NCBI GenBank assembly: GCA_045650505.1
Contig: JAZRRE010000002.1
Location: 5,983-69,982, forward strand
Source of the DNA: Clostridia bacterium
Lineage (GTDB): Bacteria > Bacillota > Clostridia > Christensenellales > UBA1242
Reading direction: 5' to 3'
DNA: 64,000 nt
Shown: positions 9,929 to 19,836 of the stretch, in pieces
Position numbering within the stretch: the first letter of the stretch is position 1
Layout: every line of letters starts with the position of its first letter
Made by a program: the position numbers and the translations under genes
The notes under the pieces: model-generated
Seen by the model: only the letters and a program-made list of their open reading frames with translations
What the model was told of the DNA's origin: nothing
Databases searched by the model: none

Positions 9929-10023
9929 CAGAAAGTGATTGGCTCGGTATTGGCTTGTGCCTTTGTCCTTGTAGCCCCCACAGACTTGGGGTTGAAATAA
10001 CACCCGTGGCACTTTCTTTTTTT
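9929..10023 (+). ncRNA. Candidate small RNA unit A (orphan promoter-RNA-terminator module)
   Basis: Promoter is TTGACA 9895-9900, 16 nt, TATAAT 9917-9922. The 5' GAAAGTG (9931-9937) pairs with the 3' CACTTTC (10010-10016), followed by T7. Internal CCCC/GGGG hairpin. No credible protein ORF. Confidence 0.4.
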
Positions 10024-10070
10024 ATTGTTTTTTAATATTGACAAATTAGAGAAGTTTGGTATAATTAAAT

Positions 10071-10134
10071 GTAGAATTACATTGACCTTATAATTATAAG
10101 GCAAGTCGAAAGGACGGAGTGTAATTCTTTTTTT
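10071..10134 (+). ncRNA. Candidate small RNA unit B (orphan promoter-RNA-terminator module)
   Basis: Promoter is TTGACA 10038-10043, 16 nt, TGgTATAAT ending at 10065. A 9-bp closing stem agaattaca (10073-10081)/tgtaattct (10120-10128) is followed by T-run. Internal hairpins are CCTTAT-AATT-ATAAGG and GTC-GAAAG-GAC. Confidence 0.4.
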
Positions 10135-10181
10135 ATTGCAAAATATATTGATTTTATTAAGATAATAGAATATAATAATCA

Positions 10182-10230
10182 TAGATAGACCCGTGATAAT
10201 GTAAGTTATCGCCCAGAGGCTATCTTTTTT
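10182..10230 (+). ncRNA. Candidate small RNA unit C (orphan promoter-RNA-terminator module)
   Basis: Promoter is TTGATT 10148-10153, 17 nt, TATAAT 10171-10176. Transcript is a long imperfect hairpin: agatag.cc/gg.ctatct closing stem and gtgataa/ttatcgc inner stem, followed by T6. Confidence 0.35.
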
Positions 10231-10280
10231 ATTATAAAAAGTTTAATCAAAATTTGGTTATAAAAATATTATAAAAGTGC

Positions 10281-10309
10281 TTGACAAGGTGACTTTCTTG
10301 TGATAAACT
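10281..10309 (+). promoter_or_regulatory. SigA-type promoter of the infC-rpmI-rplT operon
   Basis: TTGACA (10281-10286), 17 nt, extended -10 TGaTAAACT (10301-10309). Confidence 0.6.
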
Positions 10310-10315
10310 ACTTGT

Positions 10316-10487
10316 GTTTATTGAAGAGAAAGAACACTTTCCACCAAGCGAATGAAAGATTTTGCTTCGGTCAAATATAATAATGCTAGTTACCCGAAAT
10401 TTTGGCACATTTTTATGTGCAACCTTAAATTTTGGAATTATTATATAGTGAGTGGATTTTCTTTAATGTAAACCACTCACTTTTTTT
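10316..10487 (+). promoter_or_regulatory. Ribosomal protein L20 leader (infC operon attenuator)
   Basis: ~170-nt structured leader between promoter and infC. It ends in the terminator agtgagtgg/ccactcact (10447-10481) plus T7. Position and architecture match the Firmicute L20 autoregulatory leader. Confidence 0.6.
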
Positions 10488-10526
10488 GTGAATCAAAAAG
10501 AGTGAAAATATATTTTTAGGAGAACT

Positions 10527-11054
10527 ATGGCAGTTAAACAACAAGAAACCCAAATCAATGATAGCATTCGTGACCCAGAAGTTAGAGTTGTTGGCGCTAA
10601 TGGCGAACAACTTGGAATTATGAGCGCTCGTGAGGCGAACAAGATTGCTGAAGAGCAAGACCTTGACCTTGTTAAAATCTCTCCAAGCACAAATCCACCG
10701 GTTTGTAAAATTATGGACTATGGTAAATATGTGTTTGATAAAGCAAAGAGAGAAAAAGAACAAAGAAAAAATCAAAAGATTGTTGCCTTGAAAGAAGTTC
10801 AACTTTCAATGACAATCGAAAAACACGACATCGACATCAAAGCAAAAAATGCAATTAAATTTTTGCAAAACGGTGATAAGGTTAAAGTTTCTATTCGTAT
10901 GAGTGGAAGACAACAAGCCTATGCAGACCGTGGTGTTCAAACTGAAAACGATTTTGCTGCTAGCCTTGAAGAAATTGCTGTGATTGAAAAACCAGCAAAA
11001 GTTGAAGGCAGAAACATCATTATGATTCTTGCACCAAAAAATGCAAAAAAATAA
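10527..11054 (+). CDS. infC: Translation initiation factor IF-3
   Basis: INDSIRDPEVRVVGANGEQLGIMS... is a typical IF-3 N-terminus, with the C-domain present. ATG with AGGAG RBS. Confidence 0.93.
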   Translation: MAVKQQETQINDSIRDPEVRVVGANGEQLGIMSAREANKIAEEQDLDLVKISPSTNPPVCKIMDYGKYVFDKAKREKEQRKNQKIVALKEVQLSMTIEKHDIDIKAKNAIKFLQNGDKVKVSIRMSGRQQAYADRGVQTENDFAASLEEIAVIEKPAKVEGRNIIMILAPKNAKK

Positions 11055-11097
11055 TCAGTTCTTTTAAATTATTTAGGTATACAGGAGGAAATTTATT

Positions 11098-11298
11098 ATG
11101 CCAAAACAAAAAAATAGAAGTGCCGTTAAGAAAAGATTTATTGTACTCAAGAGCGGCAGAGTTAAAAGAGGTCAACAAAACCACAGACACTTACTTTCAA
11201 ACAAAGAAAGACATAGAAAGAGAGACCTTCGTCAAGGTGCTTATGTTGAAGGAAAGCAAGTTAAAACAGTTAAAATTCTTGTAGGAAAACAAGGTTAA
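11098..11298 (+). CDS. rpmI: 50S ribosomal protein L35
   Basis: 66-aa basic protein MPKQKNRSAVKKRF... between infC and rplT. Confidence 0.93.
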   Translation: MPKQKNRSAVKKRFIVLKSGRVKRGQQNHRHLLSNKERHRKRDLRQGAYVEGKQVKTVKILVGKQG

Positions 11299-11319
11299 TA
11301 AAGGCAGGAGGACGAAGAA

Positions 11320-11676
11320 ATGAGAATTAAAAGAAGCGTAAACGCACACCAAAAGCGTATTAAGATTTTAAAATCAGCAAAAGGTTACTATGGCTCAAAG
11401 AGCAAACTTGTTAGAGTTGCTCGTCAAGCAGTTATGAAGAGTGGTAACTATGCTTACACATCAAGAAGACTCAAAAAGAGAGACTTTAGAAGACTTTGGA
11501 ATATTAGAATCAATGCTGAAGCAAGAGTTAATGGTCTTTCATACAGCAATTTAATTCATGGTCTTAAACTTGCTAACATTGAACTTAACAGAAAAGTTCT
11601 TGCTGAACTTGCAGTTTCTGACAAAAATGCTTTTGCAAAAGTTTGTGAATCAGCAAAAGCAGCACTTGCAAAATAA
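11320..11676 (+). CDS. rplT: 50S ribosomal protein L20
   Basis: [28 protein letters not shown]... is canonical L20. Confidence 0.95.
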   Translation: MRIKRSVNAHQKRIKILKSAKGYYGSKSKLVRVARQAVMKSGNYAYTSRRLKKRDFRRLWNIRINAEARVNGLSYSNLIHGLKLANIELNRKVLAELAVSDKNAFAKVCESAKAALAK

Positions 11677-11695
11677 TTAAGTTTGTAAGCTTAAA

Positions 11696-11733
11696 CTTAA
11701 TGCCTAATCGGGTTTGGGCATTAAGTTTTTTTT
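11696..11733 (+). terminator. Intrinsic terminator after rplT
   Basis: cttaatgcc/ggcattaag hairpin followed by T8. Confidence 0.75.
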
Positions 11734-11769
11734 GTTATAAAAAATAATATTTGGTCAAAGGAAAATATT

Positions 11770-12543
11770 ATGATTGAAGGAATTATATCTAGCGTTGATA
11801 ATAAAATGATAAAAGAGGCTAGAAGTTTAAACGATAAAAAACACAGAAGATTTCACGGAAAGTTTTTGGTTGATGGTGAAAAACTTGTAAACGAAGTGGT
11901 TTGTGGTGCAATGGAAGTTGATAAACTTTTTGTTGAAGCATCAAAACTTCACGATTTTTCTTATATTCTTGAAAAGTTTAATGGAACAGTTGTTCCTGTT
12001 ACAGGCAAGGTTTTAAATTCAATCTCTGAAAATGTGACTCCTCAAGGAATCATTGCTGAAGTTGTTATGCGTGAAACAATTGAGTTTAAGCCTGCTGAAA
12101 ATGAGCCAATTTTGGTGCTTGACAGAATTCAAGACCCTGGAAACCTCGGCACAATCATTAGAACTGCAGCAGCAACGGGGTTTAACAATATTGTTTTGAT
12201 AGACACTGTTGACCCATATTCACCAAAAGTTGTTAGAAGTTCAAGTGGTGGAATTTTTTACACTGATATTTTTCGTATGACTGAAAATGAAATCATTTCA
12301 TTTTGCCAAAAAAGAAACATTGAAATTTTGATTGCAGATATGGGTGGGGAAAATATTTTCAAAACTCAAATTGAAAATAAAAATTATGCTCTTGTTATTG
12401 GAAATGAAGGTCAAGGCGTGAGCACAACTTTCAAAGAAACAGGCAGAGCAATTTCACTTCCAATGAAAGAACAAATGGAATCACTTAACGCTGGAATTTC
12501 AGCAAGTGTTTTAATGTACACACTTCTTGGAAAAGATATTTAG
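11770..12543 (+). CDS. TrmH/SpoU family RNA 2'-O-methyltransferase (RlmB/YsgA-like)
   Basis: SPOUT motifs DRIQDPGNLGTIIRTA, GNEGQGVS, ESLNAGISASVLMY. Confidence 0.85.
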   Translation: MIEGIISSVDNKMIKEARSLNDKKHRRFHGKFLVDGEKLVNEVVCGAMEVDKLFVEASKLHDFSYILEKFNGTVVPVTGKVLNSISENVTPQGIIAEVVMRETIEFKPAENEPILVLDRIQDPGNLGTIIRTAAATGFNNIVLIDTVDPYSPKVVRSSSGGIFYTDIFRMTENEIISFCQKRNIEILIADMGGENIFKTQIENKNYALVIGNEGQGVSTTFKETGRAISLPMKEQMESLNAGISASVLMYTLLGKDI

Positions 12544-12668
12544 AACAAACAAAATAGTGAAATAAAAATTTATTGATTATTTTTGCTGATTGTATTATAA
12601 TGAAAAGGGTGCTATGAAATATAGCACATAAAAAATTAAAATTAGGTATTATTATTAGGAGGATTATT

Positions 12669-13406
12669 ATGAGCGGACACTCAAAATGGCACAATATTCA
12701 AGCAACAAAAAATAAAGCAGACGCTGCTAGAGGAAAAATTTTCACAAAGATTGGTCGTGAAATCGCAGTTGCTGTTAAACTTGGTGGCCCTGACCCTAAT
12801 ATAAATAGTAAATTATATGATGTTATTCAAAAGGCAAAAGCAAACAATATGCCAAACGATAACATCACTCGTTCAATCAAAAAGGCAAGTGGTGGTGAAG
12901 AAGCAGGAAATTATGACCCAATCACTTATGAAGGTTACGGTTCACACGGCGTTGCACTTATTGTTGAATGTTTAACAGATAACAGAAACAGAACTGCAGC
13001 CGATGTTAGACACTTATTCACTAAATTTGGTGGAAGTTTAGGAACAACCGGAAGCGTTTCATATATGTTTGACCATAATGGAATGATTGTTATTTCTAGA
13101 ACAAGCAATACAAATGAAGATGCTGTTATGATGACAGCTCTTGATGCTGGTGCTGAAGATGTTATGACAAATGATGATTGCTATGAAGTTATCACAAAAC
13201 CAGAAAACTTGCACGCAGTTAGAAAAGCATTTGAAGAGGGTGGTTATGAAGTGCTTTCTTCAGAAGTTGAGTATGTTCCACAAAACGAAATTGCACTTGA
13301 TAAGGATTCTGCAATTTCAGTAAACAAACTTATTTTAAGTTTGGAAGACCTTGATGATGTTCAAAATGTTTATTCAAACGCAGACCTTTCTGTGCTTGAC
13401 CAATAA
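12669..13406 (+). CDS. yebC: YebC/PmpR family DNA-binding transcriptional regulator
   Basis: MSGHSKWHNIQATKNKADAARGKIFTK... is the canonical YebC N-terminus. Confidence 0.93.
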   Translation: MSGHSKWHNIQATKNKADAARGKIFTKIGREIAVAVKLGGPDPNINSKLYDVIQKAKANNMPNDNITRSIKKASGGEEAGNYDPITYEGYGSHGVALIVECLTDNRNRTAADVRHLFTKFGGSLGTTGSVSYMFDHNGMIVISRTSNTNEDAVMMTALDAGAEDVMTNDDCYEVITKPENLHAVRKAFEEGGYEVLSSEVEYVPQNEIALDKDSAISVNKLILSLEDLDDVQNVYSNADLSVLDQ

Positions 13407-13433
13407 TATTAGTTTTGAGGTTTAGGAGGAATT

Positions 13434-13649
13434 ATGGTTAGTCATGTTAAACTTGAAATTGCAATACAAATTGTTGCAGAAAAAATCGCTAATTTATATA
13501 GAAAGATAGATTTAGCGACATCTGAAGAAGAAGCAAATTTTTACAAAAATGAATTAGACAATGCATTTTATGAAAAAGAACTTGTTGCCGTTGGCAATAT
13601 GGATGCAATTAATGCTGTTTTATCAGCAAATAAAAAGGGGGCTAAATAA
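13434..13649 (+). CDS. Small helical protein, candidate antitoxin partner of the downstream zeta-like toxin
   Basis: 71 aa with strong RBS AGGAGG. Stop lies 2 nt before the start of the zeta-like gene. No recognisable family. Confidence 0.45.
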   Translation: MVSHVKLEIAIQIVAEKIANLYRKIDLATSEEEANFYKNELDNAFYEKELVAVGNMDAINAVLSANKKGAK

Positions 13650-13651
13650 TT

Positions 13652-14611
13652 ATGGAAAATCTTAATGAAAAAAGCCCTGAATATATTGAATTTTTAAGAA
13701 CAAGAATTGCTCCAAGTGTTCAACCTGAAGTTGCTGAAATGATGATTCATTATGCACTTTCTGAAAGTGAGCATATGAGAGTTTTAGACCAAATTAGAGA
13801 TTATTGCTTTAGAGGTAGAGCGCCAATTGAAAGACCTTACAAAAGACCAAAAGCATATCTTGTTATTGCACAAACTGGTGCGGGAAAGAGTAATTTAACA
13901 ATGAAAATTCAAAAATCAAATCCAAATATTGTTATTATTGACTCTGACGCATTTAAAGCATTTAACCCAAATAAAGATGAAATTAAAGACAAATATCCAC
14001 AATATTATGGACATTTAACCGGTCTTGATGCATATCTTCACAGAGATGAAGTTTATGATGAAGCTTTGAAAAAAGGCTACAACATTTTAATTGAAGTTGC
14101 ACCTTCTTCAAAAGATTTATTATTCAACATCAATTTTGAAGAACTTCTTGAACATGGATATGATATTGAAGCGTTCATTTTATCAGTATCTGAAGAAAAT
14201 AGTTTGCTTTCAGTTCATGAGCGTTATGAAGGACAAATTGAATCAGGAATGGAAGCACCAAAACTTACTGACCTTAAAAGAGCAAGAGATTCTGCTGCCG
14301 CAGTTCCTCTTATCATCAATGATTTGCTTGAAAATCATCCAGAAGTTAAACTTGTTTTATTCAAAAGAGCAGTTGTTAAAGAAAAATCTCGTGAAGTTGC
14401 TGACCCTGTATTTATCACAGAAAATAGAGAAGGTTTTATGCAAGCATATAATGAAGCAAAACAAGATGACCTTGCAAGAACACTTGATGAAGCAGACCAT
14501 AGAATTGAAGTTGTTAGAAATCAAATGAGTACAAGAGGTGCACATCCACTTCATGTAAAGCAATTTGATGAAATCTGCAGCATTATTGAAAACACAAAAC
14601 AAAAAGGTTAA
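13652..14611 (+). CDS. Zeta-toxin-domain P-loop kinase family protein
   Basis: Walker A AQTGAGKSN, then VIIDSDAFKAFNP, GYNILIEVAPSS and SVHERYEG. The order and spacing are typical of the Zeta_toxin (PezT/zeta) fold. Confidence 0.65.
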   Translation: MENLNEKSPEYIEFLRTRIAPSVQPEVAEMMIHYALSESEHMRVLDQIRDYCFRGRAPIERPYKRPKAYLVIAQTGAGKSNLTMKIQKSNPNIVIIDSDAFKAFNPNKDEIKDKYPQYYGHLTGLDAYLHRDEVYDEALKKGYNILIEVAPSSKDLLFNINFEELLEHGYDIEAFILSVSEENSLLSVHERYEGQIESGMEAPKLTDLKRARDSAAAVPLIINDLLENHPEVKLVLFKRAVVKEKSREVADPVFITENREGFMQAYNEAKQDDLARTLDEADHRIEVVRNQMSTRGAHPLHVKQFDEICSIIENTKQKG

Positions 14612-14616
14612 AAAAC

Positions 14617-14646
14617 AAAACTTGAGAGTATTCTCAAGTTTTTTTA
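14617..14646 (+). terminator. Intrinsic terminator after the zeta-like gene
   Basis: aacttgaga/tctcaagtt hairpin followed by a T-run. Confidence 0.75.
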
Positions 14647-14713
14647 ATGGCTGATTTGTCTTGTATCTGCTTAATTTATTGACTTTAGGCAAGATTTTAT
14701 GTAAAGTTATATT

Positions 14714-15274
14714 ATGATTATTCTTGGCATAGACCCTGGATATGCAATCGTTGGCTACGGAATTATTGAAAAACTTCCAAACGGAAAATGCAATGTTATT
14801 GACTATGGTGCAATCAACACACCAAAAGATGAAGATTTTCCGGTTCGTCTTGCAATGATTCAAGATGGAATGAAATGTTTAATTTCAAAATTCAAGCCAG
14901 ATGCTATCGCAGTGGAAGAATTATTTTTTAATCAAAACATCACAACGGGAATTGCTGTTGCTGAAGCAAGAGGGGTTATTCTTTGCACAGCAATTCAAGC
15001 AGTTCCAAGAGTTTTTGAATTTACGCCAATGCAGATAAAAAGGGCAATCACAGGCACAGGAAAGGCTGAAAAGAAACAAGTTCAGTTTATGACAAAAACG
15101 ATTTTGGGGTTAAAATCGGTTCCAAAGCCTGATGATGCGGCCGATGCACTTGCAGTGGCTCTTTGTCTTGCGCAAACAAATGTTAATATTGCAGACGCTG
15201 AAGTTAAAGTGTTTACAAATAACAATTTAAAAGCAAATGATAGAAATGAAATTTTAAAAAGAAGGAAAAAATAA
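14714..15274 (+). CDS. ruvC: Crossover junction endodeoxyribonuclease RuvC
   Basis: IILGIDPGYAIVGYGII..., AVEELFFNQN, DAADALAVAL. Confidence 0.92.
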   Translation: MIILGIDPGYAIVGYGIIEKLPNGKCNVIDYGAINTPKDEDFPVRLAMIQDGMKCLISKFKPDAIAVEELFFNQNITTGIAVAEARGVILCTAIQAVPRVFEFTPMQIKRAITGTGKAEKKQVQFMTKTILGLKSVPKPDDAADALAVALCLAQTNVNIADAEVKVFTNNNLKANDRNEILKRRKK

Positions 15275-15882
15275 TGATTTATTCGCTAACCGGCAAAGTT
15301 TCAATTTTAAATGAAAATACAATTATTGTTGACACAGGTGCGATGGCTTTTGAAGTGATTTGCTCATCATTTTCGGCTTATGCACTTTCATCAAAACCAG
15401 AGCCACAAAAAGTTTTAACTTATCTTCAAGTTCGTGAAGATGGAATGACTCTTTTTGGTTTTTCATCACAAAAAGAAAAATCAATTTTTACTGATTTGAT
15501 TCAAATTTCAGGTGTTGGTCCAAAAATGGCATCAACAATACTTTCAGGTCTTCCTGTTGATGAAATCATTAAAGCAATAGCAACTTCTGATGTAAAAACT
15601 CTCTCTAGCATAAAAGGGCTTGGAAAGAAAACAGCAGAGCGTATTGCACTTGAATTAAGTTCAAAATTTGGGGCAGAAGATGCTCTTGAGAGCATTATGT
15701 CTAGCGACACAAAACTTGCACCAAAACAAACCTTGAAGAAAGAGGTTGAAGAAACTGCCGAAGTTTTGGTTTCAATGGGAATGTCTAAAAATGATGCAGT
15801 TGAGCTTGCAAAATCAAATTATACAGATGGTATGACAAGTGAACAACTTGTTGTTTGCTGTCTTAAAAATATGCACAAATAA
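15274..15882 (+). CDS. ruvA: Holliday junction branch migration complex subunit RuvA
   Basis: MIYSLTGKV... OB domain, HhH pair ([21 protein letters not shown]) and domain III. Confidence 0.92.
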   Translation: MIYSLTGKVSILNENTIIVDTGAMAFEVICSSFSAYALSSKPEPQKVLTYLQVREDGMTLFGFSSQKEKSIFTDLIQISGVGPKMASTILSGLPVDEIIKAIATSDVKTLSSIKGLGKKTAERIALELSSKFGAEDALESIMSSDTKLAPKQTLKKEVEETAEVLVSMGMSKNDAVELAKSNYTDGMTSEQLVVCCLKNMHK

Positions 15883-15899
15883 TAGGGAGGGTGTTTCTT

Positions 15900-16967
15900 A
15901 TGGATAATTATCAAGATGAGAGTTATTATGAAAAGTTCATCACAAGTTCAAAAGACCAAGATGAAGAACGATTTGTTTCAAGTTCAAAAACGATAGATGA
16001 TGCTCAAATTGAAAATGTGTTAAGGCCAAAAACAATGGATGATTATGTTGGTCAAACCAAAGTTAAAGAAAATTTAATGGTCTATATTTCTGCTGCAAAA
16101 AAGAGAAATGAAGCACTTGACCATGTGCTTTTATATGGACCTCCTGGACTTGGAAAAACCACACTTTCAGCAATCATTGCAAATGAAATGGGGGTAAGTT
16201 TAAAGCAAACATCTGGACCTGCTATTGAAAAGCCTTATGACCTTGCTTCAATTCTTACTAATCTTTCAGAAAATGATGTGCTTTTTATTGATGAAATTCA
16301 CAGACTCAATCATTCGATTGAAGAGGTTTTATATCCTGCTATGGAAGACCATGCAATCGATTATATTATCGGTTCGGGTCCAGGTGCAAAATCAATGCGT
16401 ATTCCACTTGCAAACTTCACTCTTGTTGGTGCAACCACAAAAGCAGGTATGATTTCAAGCCCACTTCGTGATAGATTTGGTGTTATTTGCAAACTTGAAC
16501 TTTATTCAGCAAAAGAACTTTCACAAATTGTTATGCGTTCTGCAAAAATTTTAGGTGCTGAAATTGATAAAGAATCAGCAGACCTTATTGCTTCAAGGTG
16601 CAGAGGAACTCCTAGAATTGCAAACCGAATTTTAAAGCGTGTTCGTGATTTTGCTGATGTTTTAAATGATGGAAAAATCACAACAAAAATTACACTTCAC
16701 GCACTTGAAAAAATGGATATTGACAGCATTGGTCTTGATGCAGTTGATAGAAAAATGCTTATTACTATGATTGAAAACTTTAAAGGCAAGCCGGTTGGTC
16801 TTGACACTCTTGGTGCAGTGACTGGTGAAGAACCAGATACCATTGAAGATGTTTATGAACCATATTTAATGCAAATTGGCTTTATTGCAAGAACTCCAAG
16901 AGGAAGAATACCTCTTGAGCCTGCGTACACTCATTTGGGTTATAAAATTGAAGATATTGTAAAATAG
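15900..16967 (+). CDS. ruvB: Holliday junction DNA helicase RuvB
   Basis: [42 protein letters not shown] 15900 has correct spacing from RBS AGGGAGG; the GTG at 15891 does not. Confidence 0.95.
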   Translation: MDNYQDESYYEKFITSSKDQDEERFVSSSKTIDDAQIENVLRPKTMDDYVGQTKVKENLMVYISAAKKRNEALDHVLLYGPPGLGKTTLSAIIANEMGVSLKQTSGPAIEKPYDLASILTNLSENDVLFIDEIHRLNHSIEEVLYPAMEDHAIDYIIGSGPGAKSMRIPLANFTLVGATTKAGMISSPLRDRFGVICKLELYSAKELSQIVMRSAKILGAEIDKESADLIASRCRGTPRIANRILKRVRDFADVLNDGKITTKITLHALEKMDIDSIGLDAVDRKMLITMIENFKGKPVGLDTLGAVTGEEPDTIEDVYEPYLMQIGFIARTPRGRIPLEPAYTHLGYKIEDIVK

Positions 16968-16976
16968 GGAATCATT

Positions 16977-17549
16977 ATGAAAAATTATTTTATATTGCAC
17001 GGTTCATTTGGAAGCCCTTATTCAAATTGGTTTCCTTGGCTTTCTGCTGAAATTGAAAAAACAAAACCAAATTCGCAAGAAGAAAGCATTTGTTACACAC
17101 CACAATTTCCAACAGGAGTTGGTTTTCAAAATTATGAAAATTGGCAAAATGTTTTAAAAGCTTATGCAAATGTAGGGTTGATAAACGCAGAAACAACAAT
17201 TTTTGCTCACAGCATTGCACCGGTTTTTGTGTGCAAATTTTTGATAGAAAACAATATCAAAGTAAAAAAACTTGTTTTTGTGTGTGGTTTTAACAATTAT
17301 TTTGGTGTTAGCCCTGATTATGATGAAGTAAATAAAACAATGTTTTTGGAAAAGGGTATTGAAAAAATTAAAGTTTTGTGCGATGATATAACCTGCATTT
17401 ATTCAAACAACGACCCTTATGTGAAATTTGAAGCAGAAAAAGATTTTGCAAGCATAGTTTCACACAAACAAATTATTATAGAAAATGGGGGACATTTAAA
17501 CGCTGAAACAGGCTTTAAAGAGTTTCCTTTATTAAAGGATTTTATATAA
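16977..17549 (+). CDS. YdeN/RBBP9-type alpha/beta serine hydrolase
   Basis: 190 aa with ILHGSFGSPYSNWFPWL and a nucleophile-elbow-like AHSIA. Confidence 0.6.
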   Translation: MKNYFILHGSFGSPYSNWFPWLSAEIEKTKPNSQEESICYTPQFPTGVGFQNYENWQNVLKAYANVGLINAETTIFAHSIAPVFVCKFLIENNIKVKKLVFVCGFNNYFGVSPDYDEVNKTMFLEKGIEKIKVLCDDITCIYSNNDPYVKFEAEKDFASIVSHKQIIIENGGHLNAETGFKEFPLLKDFI

Positions 17550-17553
17550 AATT

Positions 17554-18588
17554 ATGGAAATTTTAAAAACTAGTGATTTCAATTATGAACTTCCTGAAGA
17601 ACTTATTGCGCAAACTCCGGTTAGTCCAAGAGATTCAGCAAGAATGCTTGTTTATGATAAAAATAATGACAAAACAGAACATAAGATTTTTAGGGATATT
17701 TTAGATTATCTCTCGGAAAATGATGTGCTTGTTTTGAACAATACAAGGGTTATTCCTGCACGTCTTTTTGCAAGCAAAGTGACAGGTGCAAAAATCGAAG
17801 TGTTTTTGCTTAAAAGGTTAAACCTCACAGATTATGAAGTTTTAATGAAACCAGCAAAGAAAGCACCGGTTGGAACAAAACTCATTTTTTCAGACAATCT
17901 TTACTGTGATGTAATTGAAAATCAAGAAGAAATTGGTGGAAGAATTATTCGTTTTAATGTGGGAGAGGGTACTCTTGAAGAAGAACTTGACAGAATTGGT
18001 GAAGTGCCACTTCCTCCATATATTCATGAAAAACTTGAAGATGATGAAGAATATCAAACCATTTATTCAAAAATAAAAGGCTCATCGGCTGCACCAACAG
18101 CAGGACTTCATTTCACAGAAGAACTTATGCAAAAAATTCGTGATAAAGGTGTTCAAATTGAAGAAGTAACTCTTCAAGTTGGGCTTGGAACATTTAGACC
18201 GGTTTCGGAAGAAAATGCTCTTGAACACAAAATGCATAGTGAAGAAATTGTGGTTTCACCAGAAGTTGCAGAGCGTTTAAACAAGGCAAAAGCTGAAGGT
18301 AAAAGAATTATTGCTGTTGGAACAACAACAGTTAGAACTCTTGAGTCTGCAGCAGACAAAGTGGGTCACATTGAGCCTTGCGAAAAAGAAACTAATATTT
18401 TTATTTATCCAGGCGTTGAACTCAAATTTGTTGACGCACTTATCACAAACTTCCATTTGCCTGAAAGCACACTTGTTATGCTTGTTTCAGCATTTATTGG
18501 AAGAGAAAAAACACTTGAGCTTTACAATGAAGCTGTTAAAGAAAGGTATCGTTTCTTCAGTTTTGGAGATTGTTGCTTCTTCTTTTAG
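17554..18588 (+). CDS. queA: S-adenosylmethionine:tRNA ribosyltransferase-isomerase
   Basis: FNYELPEELIAQTPV...PPYI...AAPTAGLHFT...VGTTTVRTLES. Confidence 0.95.
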   Translation: MEILKTSDFNYELPEELIAQTPVSPRDSARMLVYDKNNDKTEHKIFRDILDYLSENDVLVLNNTRVIPARLFASKVTGAKIEVFLLKRLNLTDYEVLMKPAKKAPVGTKLIFSDNLYCDVIENQEEIGGRIIRFNVGEGTLEEELDRIGEVPLPPYIHEKLEDDEEYQTIYSKIKGSSAAPTAGLHFTEELMQKIRDKGVQIEEVTLQVGLGTFRPVSEENALEHKMHSEEIVVSPEVAERLNKAKAEGKRIIAVGTTTVRTLESAADKVGHIEPCEKETNIFIYPGVELKFVDALITNFHLPESTLVMLVSAFIGREKTLELYNEAVKERYRFFSFGDCCFFF

Positions 18589-18601
18589 AAAGAAAATTTA
18601 A

Positions 18602-19729
<1,128 letters not shown>

Positions 19730-19836
19730 AAATTTTGACAAATTTAACTTTGTTAAAATTAGCAAAATAATAAAATCTGTTGATTTATATAAAAAATTTT
19801 GGTAAACTTTGGTTAGTTTATAAAGGAGATAAAAAA

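Noticed and set aside
9929-10023. Unit A as a tRNA, a preQ1-I riboswitch or a twister/hammerhead ribozyme
   Set aside because: There is no cloverleaf and no GTTCRA T-loop. GGGGUUGAAAUAACACCC only loosely resembles the preQ1-I stem-loop and lacks the A-rich ACUA tail. The CUGAUGA/GAAA hammerhead core and the twister conserved nucleotides are absent.
10071-10134. Unit B as a c-di-GMP-I (GEMM-I) riboswitch or the SRP RNA apex, because of GGCAAGUC-GAAA-GGACGGAG
   Set aside because: Only one short GNRA hairpin is present. It lacks the second GEMM-I hairpin and tetraloop receptor, and it lacks the conserved SRP GGAAGCAGC symmetric loop. At 64 nt it is too short for either. No downstream gene is controlled, because a new promoter follows.
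9889-10182. 97-aa minus-strand ORF spanning the GNAT-infC intergenic region
   Set aside because: It overlaps three plus-strand promoter/terminator modules and has no RBS. Its composition is low-complexity and AT-driven (runs of I/N/K/F). It is best explained as a chance antisense frame.
14091-14863. Alternative-frame ORFs 14091..14528 (+) and 14357..14863 (-) inside or overlapping the zeta-like gene and ruvC
   Set aside because: They lie within or antisense to ORFs with clear family motifs. They have no RBS and a Leu/Lys/Ile/Phe-rich composition typical of off-frame translation of AT-rich coding DNA.
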